A DNA stretch of 48,154 bases, filler included, from Trypethelium eluteriae (GCA_051942245.1; 2 parts of 2 records of this genome joined end to end with filler, not necessarily neighbours in it); one strand, 5' to 3'; counted from the first letter of the whole stretch, positions 10,875 to 23,355 are shown. Notes: generated from the sequence alone by a model not told the origin. Numbers and translations: made by a program.

Positions 10875-12899
10875 TCAAAGTGTAGATGTGCTTCCGAATT
10901 GGAAGCCCGACGAATTTAAATATACGCTTCGGAAAGCTATCGATAGTTCATCCATGCTGACAAGGCTCGCCGCATCCGTCGACTGGCCTCGAAAAACGCT
11001 CGAGGGCGGTGTCGTTTTAATACCGTGGCTCATCGTCCGCGCTTTATCCTGAATTCGGTCTCGGAACGCGCGAAAGGACGACAGGTCGCTATCAGTGGAC
11101 ATTGATGCCCATGAGCGAGCTTTTCTCCCCGAGCCGTAGTCACCTCGACCGTTGGCTTTTGCATCTGAAGCATTGAAGATAATCGCTGGCAAAGTCATCT
11201 TCAGGCCGTGTTCAAGCTTTTGTTTGGCATACTCTTCAACGACAGTGGTGTCCCATGGTTCTGCAAAGTGCGCACATGTGGAAAATGTTTTAAGAAAAGT
11301 TTTCGCCAGCGTTTCATCGCTCTCTTCTAGGAGTCCGGACGCTTTTACTTGTGCGTTACTAGCGAGAGGCCATTCCAGGAAGAACACATCGTTCACTCGG
11401 TTGATCGGTAGCCCACTTGGCGCATAGCCTTCGAGCATCCAGACCACTGTTCTTAACAGTATTGATGCTGATATGCCCATCAGCTTTTCGGCCTTTGTCA
11501 TCCAAAGGGATTGGTGTTCGGAAGTAGTCGCTCCACTGTGCCAGCATTCCCATAACCTGCAAAAAAGGATACAACATTCTGCACGGATGTCCATATTCTC
11601 ACGTCTTATACGATCCAGAGTACCCCGCAAGGCAGAGTCAAGTTTTAAATGCTTCAACTCGTGTGCTGTCCACTGCAAACAAGATCGAAGACAAGGGTTT
11701 GCCATGACTCCTTTGTCAATTTCGAAAGGACCAGGTCTTTGATACAGGATTGTCCTCTGGGCTTCGGTCTTATTTATGTTGTGGCAATGCGGCATACTTT
11801 TCTTCCAGCGCCAAGGTGAAACATGAGGACTTTTTTGGATTAGGAAATGATACGTATAAAGGTCGAAGGATCGATGATCATGTGGAAGGGTCGAGAGCAA
11901 TGAGGGATTCAAGTTTGAAGTGCGCACAGCAGCCTCGATATGGATTCTCTCATTTTCCTCGTCAAACGTCCGCGCATACGTGTCAGCCAATAGCATTCGA
12001 GCCGTAAACTGGTTAACTATAGGAGCTGAACCCGGACACTCTGCTAGTCTTTGTTTGAGTAATGATCGAGCAATTTCGCATTGGCCACGAGAATACGCCA
12101 TACGAGAGCAAGAGATAATAGTCCATATGATCATCCAATCTGAGCAGGTAGCTGATGTTCTCAATCTTTTAAGAATCAAGACATAGAGGGCGAAAGCGTC
12201 TTCATCAATGCCCAAGGCAGCTAGAAAGTCTGCGGCTCGTTTCATTTCGTAGATATTTTCATCGGAAAATTCATCGATATTCTGTGATAAATCGATGTGT
12301 AGACTGATCGCCTCCGGATCATTGAACTGGCGTTGACTTGTCCAATGCTCAAAATCGTCTGGAGCAGGGGCACGATAATCGTCAGGACGACAAGACAGCA
12401 GGTGCTGTTCATCTGCTCTGATCGTATCCGAAGGTAAACCGAGGCCGTGAAAGGGATTCTTAAACTCAACAGGCGGTAGGAGCATTCGGCGCTTCGCAGT
12501 CCAGTTATCCAGACTACTACTTTTCGAGCAGATAGTCGCTGGTGGGCTACGTTTCAAAGAAAATGTGATAGGATCTAGGTTCATCTCTTCCGAAGTCTCT
12601 GCCTGGCCTTCACCTCGATATTTTCTAAAATTCCATTTGTGGAACTGGTATGTGTATTGACGCTTTCTTCAATAGGAACAGTTAGACCTACAACCAAATC
12701 TTGATTTTGGGGCGGCATATACTTACGTAGGACTGAAACCGTACCGAAGACTCATGAAATCGATAAGGTCATCCAATCTCATGATTTAGTAGAGTCGAAA
12801 TAGTTCTGGCTTATAGTCGTCCCATGATATTTGTGGTAAGCGTCCTGCCCGAGAATTGGACGGCCCAGCCCATATCAAACTTCGATTCTTTGAAGTCAT
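10875..12899 (-). pseudogene. Clr5-domain protein with an in-frame stop in exon 1 (pseudogene or N-terminally truncated)
   Basis: ATG 12899: MTSKNRSLIWAGPSNSRAGRLPQISWDDYKPELFRLY*IMRLDDLIDFMSLRYGFSPT, intron 12726-12667, then KRQYTYQFHKWNFRKY, a typical Clr5 pattern. TAA at 12788-12786. The downstream 569-aa helical/TPR-like part is open. Confidence 0.75.
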
Positions 12900-15050
12900 G
12901 CCAGCGATTGATCTTGTGCGCACGAGTCGCCCTGGATCCAAGATCACTCCAAGAGGACGAAGATTTTTTATAAGTCATGATGCTGCCCGAACGAGGCTGC
13001 GAGGCAGCAGTTGGCGTTCGTGCCTCGCTGAAGCTGCATGTAACGGCAGGAAGCGTGACCCAATGAAATCGCTAGACCTGATCGTATGGAGGGCTATAAC
13101 AGCCACATTGTCTGCCTAAGAGGAAATCATTGGCCGAGAAAAATACAAATACCGCCTTTGGTCTAGCGCAAATCAGGGGTGCCTTCTATCTTGCCATTCC
13201 TGATTTTTCTCTCTTGAATCGTCAGATTGTTCCACTCTTCATGGAGCGGTATTTGGCCACCGCATTTCGGTCGATCACGCTCCTGATGAGGCAATTGTAA
13301 TTGACATCTGGCCGTCACTGACCAGTCCCCGCCATCGAGGTCCAGTCTATTCTCCGCATACCTGTACCCGTCGTGGCTTCCGTGACCGCGACGTGGTCCT
13401 TCATCACCAAGCGACTATCCTCTATCAGGTAATTGTAAGTAGCTCTATGCTTCTCTAACACTGACTGCTCAAGATTCAGGTAGCCCCGATAGACCTGCAT
13501 CCGATCCTGTGAGTTGTTGATGGTCCCTGTTCTTTGGTCATACGCGCCCCATGCGACTGGATGGGATACGAGGCAAGCCTTTTTACATACGCTGAAAAGG
13601 AAATTGTATTTTCCCATGAGTCCCAAGGCAAAGCTTTTCGGGTGAAAAGTATGTCCATTCAGAATTCATCTATAAGTGCTACACTTCGCGGCCTCCATTC
13701 TTATGTGAGCCATCCTCAAAAAAATTTCCATCAAACAATTTGTTTCCAGTCTTGTTCAGATCGATCATCCCTTCTATTTACACTATGGCCGACGTCCCAA
13801 CCGCAAAGTCAGGCAGCAAAAAGCCGTCGCGGGTTGTGAACCCGGAGCTAGCATTCATGGGAGACTGGGCAAACTCAATCGGAAACTCCGCAAAAGAAAA
13901 TTCGAACTTGACCTCGCAAAGACAGAATAAAGCATCCGGAATGACTCTTACCGCCCCAGAAAGTCAATACGTTGATAGGTACTCTAGTCAATAAATGATG
14001 GATATTGCTTAATTGAAACAAGTCCCCCGGCCGCCGATGATTCTGGAAAACATATTAATTCTATGGCTTTTTCTCACAATTCAGTAAAATCTGAAGGAAG
14101 GCACTCTTACGCGATACAGAGGTGGCTCAGTGAGAAGCCGGGACAGGAACCATTCAATACGTCGTCGAGGCCATCTCATAGTTAAGCTGCATGCAAATGA
14201 ACACGGCAGACGGCTGAAGCGCTGTGATGAGCATGTCCATGGGTCGTATAGCTGGGTAGTTGACCAACGTGTGTATCTAATGTTCTTCGACGTTTGGCGG
14301 TCAAATTTTGTAGTTGTTGCGAAAAGGTAGTAGCATCGGAGACCTTTTTGTGGTTGTTGACCGCCGACTGCGGCATTTTCATCTTTGGCACTTGCAGCTG
14401 AAGCTTATGTAGCGCAAACGTCTCAACAGCAATGGCCATTTAAGCGAAAGCGTTCATCAATCTAGAGCTAGAAAAGGTCAAGCGTCGTTAAGATAATCTT
14501 AATACACGGATGTTAGGGCGACGATTCCATCGTTGACCCTTTCTCCACTCTGAAACCTAGGTTGACTCAGCCTCATCATTTAACTAGGCCTATCTTTAGA
14601 GGACGCAATCGCCTCGCAAGCCTAACCTAGCACGTCCATCGCTTATCTACAGCCAGCGAGACTGAAAAAGCCACGCCAACCCACCGACCAATCCAAGCTA
14701 GACCAAAGTCCCATCTCGCTTGCACGCTTGCTAAAACGGTTTAGAAGCGCGACGAGAACGGCATGCTACCATCATTAAAAGCCCGTCCGGCTTCAAAGAT
14801 GCATCAGCTGAGTTGCTACTTACCACGACATGAATCAAGGATGCCGCGCAGCCACAATATTTTTCTTTTACCTGCATAGCTTTTGCCAATGTATAACTCA
14901 AAGCTTCAAAGCCTTTTCCATCTGTGTCCCTATCTCTCCGCTTCAAAATACGCATCTTTCTCCTTTTCTATTTGTTGTTGCCCAGTCCTGCACGATTTGT
15001 CTCTCACGGAAAAAAGCCTTCTCATTACTGCGATTGGTCACGACAACAAT

Positions 15051-16335
15051 ATGCCCGCGAAAACATGCCCGCCTCTCCCTATCAGCGATGCTCCTAAGCC
15101 TGTAGCAGGCGGATTGACACTGCAACACATCTTCCTTATTACGGGAGGAGCCTGCGTACTACTCACCGCCGTCATCTCGCGATTCTTGGTCTTCAAGCAT
15201 TTGCATCGATACACGTTCCCCGAGGAGCAACGCCAGATAGTTCGGGTAGTCGTCACTCCAATATGGTTCAGCGTAGCTGCGTTGTTCTCTATCGCCTGGT
15301 ATGATGCCGCGCTGTACGTCCAGCCGGTTGGATATATCTACGAAGCATTCGCTCTCGCCGCTCTTTTCCTCCTCTTCGTTCATTATGTTGCTCCGGATCC
15401 TCAGACAAGGGAGGCTTTCTTCTTCAACCTTCCTATGCTTGATCGGAAAGGCAAAGAGACTGGAAAGGGCTGCTTAGGGATGTTTAAAGTAGGTTGATTC
15501 CTGCAGTGGCGGGTCTACTACCGGGTTCGAACACATTCAGCTAAACATTTTAATAGCGGATGTGGGTCATTGTATTTCTATACCCCCCACTTACGCTTGG
15601 TTTCTACGTCGTCCAATGGATCACCCTTGCCACGGGAAAGTACTGCTCAAATTCTAACAGCCCCCATTTTGGCCATTTTTGGGTAAGTATATTCCGACTG
15701 GTGGTCAATCAAGGCCCTTGATCATGAAAGTGAAAGCTAAGAGACTGTGGTAGGTGACACTTCTTACGAACGTCATCACGACTTTCGCTGTGACAGCCGT
15801 CATCCGATTCTATGGCCGCCTGAAGAAACCCATGGCCTCGCATAAGCCACTATGGAAACTTGTCTCCTTCAAGCTCATCGTCTTCTTCAACTTTATCCAG
15901 TCCCTCATCTTCAGCTTCGTCTCCGGGAACAAGTCCGTGCAAGCAAAGATGGGCGCCAAATTTACCTTCGACGACCTCTCCATCGGCCTTCCAAACCTGC
16001 TCATCTGCATCGAACAGGTGCTGTTGGCGCTGATGATGCACTTCACGTTTCGCAGCAGAGAGTATCATCCGAACAATGGACGGACTAGGATGAGCACGTG
16101 GAGGGCATTCCTCGACTCTTTCAACCTTAGCGATATTTTCATCGCTATCGCGCGCATTCCTGTCATGCTCGCGGGTGGAAGCAGCAACGCACGATCCAGA
16201 ACATTTGAAGGATACGAGGCTAATAAGCTGGGCTCTGATGCGGAGCCAATGACCGATTTCGCGGCGCCGCCCGCTGGTACTGCGGGGAATATGCCACAGA
16301 GAACGTATTGGAGCGCTCAGGATAGAGAAGGTTAG
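15051..16335 (+). CDS. OSTA/TMEM184 (organic solute transporter alpha, DUF300) family membrane protein, 3 exons
   Basis: HLHRYTFPEEQRQIVRVV, YEAFALAALFLLFVHYV, HKPLWKLVSFKLIVFFNFIQ, NLLICIEQ. Introns 15489-15556 and 15683-15753. Confidence 0.9.
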
Positions 16336-16679
16336 TCGATGTATTGCAGGAAAGTTTAGGAGAGAAGCCGAGCAGAGGAGAAATCAAGACATGGTACAAG
16401 CCTGGAGGCAGTGCAAGTATAGCTCGATCCTTCTAGCATTTTGATTGTTTCCTCCGGCGTTTTCGATCTACCACATCCTTCTGGACTGTCTCAGTCATAG
16501 CGAACGGTGTTTTTAGATAAACATTCAGTCATATTGGAACCTTAGAGCCATCAGTGTCTCTTTCATGTCGTCTATCACAGTCCCGTGTACGGCGATAAAT
16601 GGACACGAAGTGCTGATTGCCTGTTTCACACCGGACCGTCGATCACAAATCAGCACGTTGGTGACTTAAAATGCTTTGC

Positions 16680-17399
16680 TCAGAGTTGTCTCCAAATGAA
16701 TCCAACCATGACTGCTTCATCGCTCGGATTCGGCAGGGTAATGTCTATCGCGAAGTTGGCTGTTCTTACTGGTACATCGGATAGTCTGAGAGAGCTACAC
16801 TCAGAGCATGAAGCCGGTGGAAGTAGCCAATGACCATCTCTGTTTATTGGCGTGATAGTGATATCACGAGTTTGGAAAAGAACATCAGCGTCTTCTCTTG
16901 TCCTCAGAATAACCTCGACAGCGTCACCAACCTGTGGATTTGGGTCCAGTACAGCTGGTAGTTGATGGTAATTTACCATCGCAGCCGTAGCGAGTGCGAT
17001 GAAAGAGACCTCGGAAACGCACCAAGCGGTATCTTTAGGTCGCTCAAAGGCTCCATCAACGCAAATCTCTCCCTCGCTACAGGTGAACTCATCATGAACT
17101 TGATAAAAACTCCCACCGGCGGTCCTCAACGAACAAGCGATAGTGGCTTCCCTTGCACTAGCCTCTCTAAAGCACATAGACCCTTCGAAAGTGTCAAAGA
17201 GGTCGGTGATTAGGCCAGGTGATGGGCATCGATTTATCGGATACGAATATCCCTGCTGCCTTTTAGAATATTTCGACTCGGTTGGCGCAGTATTACGTTT
17301 TATAAGGTTTGAAGCAGGCAGATCCCTGAAAGCCACTCTGAGGACAGCCCCTATAACTGGTATGCCAAAGTACTCACACCAAAAACCTGATAGTCCCAT
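16680..17399 (-). CDS. Cys-rich putative secreted protein, FOLD (SIX1/Avr3-like) effector pattern; 5' end ambiguous
   Basis: Kex2-like LIKR and YSKR sites, then six Cys including C-x5-C (CSEGEIC), then a beta-rich C-domain with CSEC. Confidence 0.6.
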   Translation of the reverse strand: MGLSGFWCEYFGIPVIGAVLRVAFRDLPASNLIKRNTAPTESKYSKRQQGYSYPINRCPSPGLITDLFDTFEGSMCFREASAREATIACSLRTAGGSFYQVHDEFTCSEGEICVDGAFERPKDTAWCVSEVSFIALATAAMVNYHQLPAVLDPNPQVGDAVEVILRTREDADVLFQTRDITITPINRDGHWLLPPASCSECSSLRLSDVPVRTANFAIDITLPNPSDEAVMVGFIWRQL

Positions 17400-18786
17400 T
17401 ACTAATAACAGGTTGAGAATGCTCCCGAGTAGAGATAGTCATAAGTTGAGAGCTATTCAGCTTCAATGCACCTAAGATTTTGGCCAAAGAAAGTATTGCA
17501 CAGACCGAAAAAATCATATTAGAGTTCGAGGCGCAAAATGGAATTTCAGAAAGTGGGCAGAAGAGCAGAAGTCGAGTAAGTTCCTTGCTATCTCGGTGGC
17601 TGCAATTGCGTTGTAATTGTAAGCCCGTACCGCTTAGTATACGTGTGCAAAGCTGATGCTAGTTGGTACCGGGGAAAAGGAAGAAATAGTGGCTAGATCG
17701 AAGCTCAGGTTATGGCTTGCTTGGGTTGATGAGATGAATCGAGCTTTGAATCATTTCGTCCGTAAAGGAAATTGGCCCGGCGACCCCATAGAGTACTCTA
17801 GCCGATCAGTTACCGTATAACGTCATTCCGGCGTCTCCTTCGGCCGTATCATGTCTGATATCTAACCAGATACCCATTCTCCACGAAGCTAGAGTCATAA
17901 AAACAATCGTTCGTACATATACACTTCAGATTGGGAAAGTCTTGGTCTGCCGTACCTGGAGAATCAGCAGGCAAATCGTCTAAGGCACGAGAGCTTTGGT
18001 CGTCTTGTACGATGTACCCATCAGCTCAAAGGGTATACGAGGTGAAGGCATAAGCTTATGATGTTGATAGAAAAGTGGTGAGAGCTTGTGGACTTGACTG
18101 TTGAAATAAAGACCTTAGACCTATATATGTGGCAACTCACGACTCCCACTCATAATCACGTGATAGGATCTCGTTGTCCCACACACCGTCGGTGTCGTAT
18201 TACCCTAAGAGAACACTACAGGAGACAAGCCAAAATACAGCAGGATCGAGCGGCTTCAAGATGGAGCGTCTACCGTAGCCGATAAATACTAGCATCAGGT
18301 ATGGTACTGAAGCTCATGGGCAGTTCGTAGCTTGTAACCCAATACAGTATGTGGGAGTCTCCGCAAGCGAGAATGTGGACCAATAAATTTTCCAAGACAC
18401 TCCTGTCTTGGGGCTTGCTGCCTGCTTCGAGGCTTTACGCAAAAGCGGGGCAACGGTCGACGAAGCCGTGACGTGTCTTGGACTCACAGGTGGGCTTCAT
18501 GAAGTATATGGCGCTCGCGTGTACGATAAGAGACAAACCACTGGAAATCGAGCCGAGAGAACCGTGCAAAGTCGCAGGCTCGATTAGGTAGGCATCCGCC
18601 CATTGTAGTTCTAGCTTGTTCTTCTGTGCTTTGCCTGTGCCCTTCCAGCTTATGCGGCTGAAGTTGAAATTACCAACTTGAGAATTAATCGAGCAATGAT
18701 AGGCATCACTCGCTCCTCATTGGCAGTAATTCAGAGTGACGATCATGAAGAGTAATCCCCTTTTCGGGTTGCACGTATGTTGATAT

Positions 18787-19897
18787 GTGGGAAGCGAACT
18801 ACCGCGAACAAGGTTGGCGGCCATTATTTCAGGCCAGAAAGTCGGCCATACTCTACCATATTTTCAGCGAGTATTGTCGGTCTTTTTCTCAATACCCACA
18901 ACTAGTTTCATTTCCCTTTTTGTTGGAGCCAAGTTATCCAAACAAGAGAACTTCCTGCTATCCAGCAACACAGCATTATGCTGTACTGCAGAGATGCAAC
19001 AAGCCTGCTACTATCCAAACGGAACCTCAGGCATAGACTCAGGCTACACACCTTGCGATGCTTCAGCTGAATTCAGTGCCTGCTGCGAGGCCACCGATAT
19101 CTGCGTAAGCAATGGGTATTGCTTTCAACAGAGTACAGCAGAAAACGCATGGAACAATCGACTAGCGCGGGGATTATGTACAGACCCATCGTGGGACAGC
19201 ACCTCATGCCCTCAATTCTGTAAGGACGGTACGTATACGATGCTCTGCGGATTAATTTCAGCTTAGCTTTCATAGAGGCAGCTGCTGATGAGACCTGAAA
19301 GTGACTTCGTATAGCACAAACTCGGTTGTCCTGGTAATTGACGCCCCGGTCGGCCAGTACTGCTGTGGTCTTTCCGGGTCGTCTGGTTTCAACTCGACAA
19401 CGGGACAATGTTTTCAATCGACGCTCAGCTCTCCCGATCGACCCTATGGTACCGAGCCCTTCACGCTCAATGAAGGCCAGGTTATCTACAATCGCTCTAA
19501 TGGAGCTACCTTGCCGGAAAACATGCAGAAAAATACGACCATCATCACTCCTGCCGCTGCAAATAGTACCTGTGCTGAATATAGTGGTAATGGTTCAAAT
19601 ATAGCAAAGACTACTGCTGGCTCCGCCGTCCCCCTTGGCGTACTTTTACTGGCCGCATCAACAGCTGTACTATTTCTTCTTAAAAAAGTAAAGAGACAGG
19701 AGAGAAGATTACGAGAGCTGCTACCGGAACCTGTTGGAAAGAGCGTTCACTTACTGCACCCTTTTGGGCAATTGCCTCATCCACAACCTATAGATGCACA
19801 GAGATATGAAACCGGAATTGAAAGGTCGTATGAGATAGATGGGATTCAACGCAACGAAATGCCCGGTTCAAAAGTACCCGAATCAGGGTCAGGGTAG
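18787..19897 (+). CDS. Cys-rich extracellular domain + single TM fungal membrane protein; start uncertain
   Basis: ACYYPNG...C.....SACC...DICVSNGYC...RGLCTDPSW....CPQFC, S/T/N-rich linker, TM AVPLGVLLLAASTAVLFLL followed by KKVKR, tail with E-x-G motifs. Intron 19229-19301 joins the ORFs in frame. Confidence 0.75.
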
Positions 19898-20451
19898 GAG
19901 ATCTGATTGGCTCGACCACCATTCCAGGAGAAATCCAGATCTTGCGTGTCATTGTTTCCACAATGTACACAAGCATGTGAAGCTCTCTAATTCCCATATG
20001 ATATGAAAGCAATGAGTTGATCAAGTCCAGACAGATCGTCCATCCCGGCTGTGGTTCTTGAGTGTTAACCGCGTCTGCGCTGTTGATAATTTAGACAGAG
20101 TATGATAAATCTGAAGGACCGAAAATAGCCTGTTCTGGCCCTTTTTTCCTTTTTCTTTTCCAACATAGTAATCCGAATTTAAAGTGTCAGTGGCTTTGAA
20201 AAGAACGCATTTTCCGACATGAAGATTGGAGCGTGATAATTCCCTTGGAAAGCATCATGATGGGTATGAGCAGTGGAGTAATTAGACTCGCGATTTTTAT
20301 TGAATGTTGTTGGCCTTAATGCTTTTTACGTGATATGGTAGTGTGTTGCCAGTTTTAAGCCATCCATACCCGACACGATTGTCGCTCGATTCTCTATGGG
20401 CCTTCACCTCATCCAAATTTCTTGATCGATCTCAGCGATTCGTCACGGATC

Positions 20452-21106
20452 TTAAGCCGTGAGTCCCTGACTGATCTTTCCGTCATTTACAATCTCAGTG
20501 ATCCAGCCAATGGTAATCCTATCAAAAATGAGTCAGCCCGAATTCAGTACGACACCAACAAGTTGTCCTTTCATCTCTTCCAGCAACAGTCTGGAGCCTA
20601 TGGGCAAGTCGGTGTCTTTCCGGCTTGACCCAAAAAGTATATCCCAATGAACTACCGACTTACTTGCTGTTTCTCATGTCCGCAAAATTCCCATGGTCTG
20701 GCGCGCAATTCTGCTTATAGAATGGATCCTCAAGCACTTTCTTATAGTCATGGACACTCTTGAAGACGATCTGGGTGAAGCAGTCAAAGTCTGAGGTATT
20801 CGGGAATGAGGGACCGAAGATATGGGCCATTTGCGCTCGAGTGGAGGTATTGTTGTGGATCTGAACGCAGCAGATTTGCGTTAGCTTGAGCGACAAAGGG
20901 GGATTAGCAGAAGCTTAACAAGGACATACCATTGTCCAGCGCACAATGCCGTACTTCACCATCAGGTCCTGTGTCATTGGAGCCGTCACCTTGGTCATGT
21001 GGTGCTTGTAGTCTTCCTCGCTCAGGCCGGCCTTCTTATAACCGAGAATGGTCAGGCAGAGGAGCTGGCCGGGCTCACCGCCGGTAGGAGGCTCTGGCAG
21101 AGACAT
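20452..21106 (-). CDS. EthD-domain protein (dehydratase/decarboxylase-like), 3 exons
   Basis: [66 protein letters not shown]. Introns about 20930-20861 and 20663-20520. Confidence 0.9.
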
Positions 21107-22308
21107 GTTGAGTAGGATCCTGGGTTGCTGAAGTATATGATTTGGTGTTCGAAAGAGCTGGTGGATCAGTACTCCGTACAATGGGGTAAAAGACGGAATG
21201 GAAGCACTCTGAAAAGAGAAACGAAGAAAAAGATAAATGAGGGTAGTAGAAGAGCTGAGAAACACTACTACCAACCAAGGATTGTAAGCCAATAGTACCT
21301 GCGTGATCCGGAGACCGAAGTCTCACTGTATGCAGTAGGTATCCACCGTTGGCTGGCCCTTGTCACATGACATACACACCAATCATTCGTGTGCCGTAAC
21401 GAAGATGATTTATCGTAAAAATCATCCTGCTTATTGGCTTGTATATACAAGCATAAGGCAAGGTGCAGAATGTTGGAGTTGGTATTTGGATAGTCGGGGT
21501 CCGAAGTCCGAGCTGAGTTTGAGTTAATTGGAGCACCACAGTTTGGCTTAGTCATACGACCCAGAAGACGACTCGAAAGAAATTATTTTCGAGATGGATG
21601 GGTAGCAAAAGTCAAGCAGATTCTCAGATGAAAGTGCATGAAGACATAGGCAAGATTCCAGCCGTCTCATCTGGTTGGGCCCGGCAAGACGCCTCCTCCT
21701 GGGTGTACGGTCATGTTTTCCGCTTCCCAAAACATCTAATCTGCTCTATGGGTCACTAAGGTAGCTTGTGACATCAATACCACGGTGCTATTCGCTACTG
21801 CCACTTCAAGACTATCTTATTGCTGGCAGACAATGCAGGCCGGTACAAAAGAACGGATCAACTGTCTGATAACATCTGCGTCAACTTCTATGCTAAGCTC
21901 AACTCACTTGGTGCCTTTTTCCCGTTCATGTACGTCTAGCGAGAATCATTTATTCGGATCTATTGACGAGCTTTCGCGCTTCCCACCGAGCCCTGCGCTA
22001 GTCATCAGCTACACCCTTGCTGTGCAGTGTTTGCAGTACTAAATGGTCTGTTCCAAACGTCTCCGGGTATACACTTCGGTGATTGTCAGATTTAAAGCTG
22101 AACATCTGCCGTAAGTCATACATGTCCACGATCAAATATCACAACCGATACGTTCCTCTGGGGGTTGCACACGAGTTCTGAATATTTCAATAGATTTCCG
22201 TACTGATCAAGTGCTAGCTCCGGCTGCCATGATGCTTGTTCTGGAGCATCAAGATCACAATGCTGATGAGACATACACAGAACGAAAGAGGAAGCACATA
22301 CCCTTTTC

Positions 22309-23355
22309 TTACGTTCTCTCCCCCAGATCTCCAGTCATCGACCTCGTAAGAACTTGCCCCTTCTCGGTAAGTAGCTTCATTTGTTCCTCTAGATCGGCCC
22401 CCTGCGCAACCTCGTCTTCTACGAGCCATACACCGAAAGAGCCTCTCCATGATGCCAACTTCGGTGGATCGTCCGGAAAGTGCCATTCCCCAACAATACC
22501 TCGCGCCGTGAACTTTCCAACGTATTCCCACGCGGGCTTTCGCGTTCCGCGGGTGACATAATAATATCTCTTGACGAAGGACACGCTGTTGTTGTGTGGA
22601 TTGAATGTGCCATCTATAGTTGCGCGGCCAGCGCTGTCCTGCGTGCTGCCGCATATCTGATTTTCCCGGATAGTCAGAGAATATTGAACAAGATCAGCTG
22701 TAGGACCACTGCATTTGTTGCATGTCGCAGCGTAGTCGAAGAAGCCGCGGGCAGCGATATTGCCAGTCATCTTGTCCGTAGCAGAGAGCCAGCGTGCGAT
22801 TGCTGGACTTGTGCTGACCACTTGTTGGGGTTGATCTGGAGCTACGACAGCTTCCTGCCGCTTAGTAATGGAAGAAGCTCTCGGATTCGTGACAGAGTCG
22901 CTATGTGGGAGTTAGTGTGTTTAATTGTGATCGCCACCAGTGTTTATGTTGGGTTTAGACGGTCTTATCTAGACGTACATTACGATTGCTGACATGCAGG
23001 TATTCAAGTTCGAAAGCCGAGCCGTTAGTCGTGACTCGGCTTCTCGAGGATTGTGGATTAGTCTGAACTTCATCTTCGAAAGCTTAGATTGGTTGTTGCT
23101 CAAATCAAGTGAGATATCTATTGCAATGCTTCTTAAACCATGTAGCGTGTCACCAAGAGTGGCTTTGTGCATCGTGGGCAAGGTGTCAAAGATGGGCTCG
23201 ATTGCGCATCGCACGCTCGACAAGGTGAGAAAGATACCGTTAAGGAGACTCGCAAGATCATTGTATTCACGAGATGCTTCCTTGCACTTTTGGTAGGTGT
23301 TCCATAGGAGAGATGACACAGCGATAATTTCGCCCACGGATACTGGCGACGCCAT
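22309..23355 (-). CDS. SesA/HeLo-like (fungal STAND N-terminal type) domain fused to a Gly/Trp beta-barrel-like domain, 2 exons
   Basis: N-terminus VSVGEIIAVSSLLWNTYQKCKEASREYNDL...L. Intron 22978-22901 is in frame. C-terminus GSTQDSAGRATIDG...VSFVKRY...WEYVG...IVGEW...GSFGVW. Confidence 0.7.

Noticed and set aside
14883..15050. Upstream extension of the OSTA gene
   Set aside because: No family similarity; ATG 15051 has good context and precedes the conserved CP motif.
22820..22980. Amyloid signalling motif after the SesA/HeLo-like domain
   Set aside because: The linker has no G/N/Q pseudo-repeat of HET-s, PP or sigma type.
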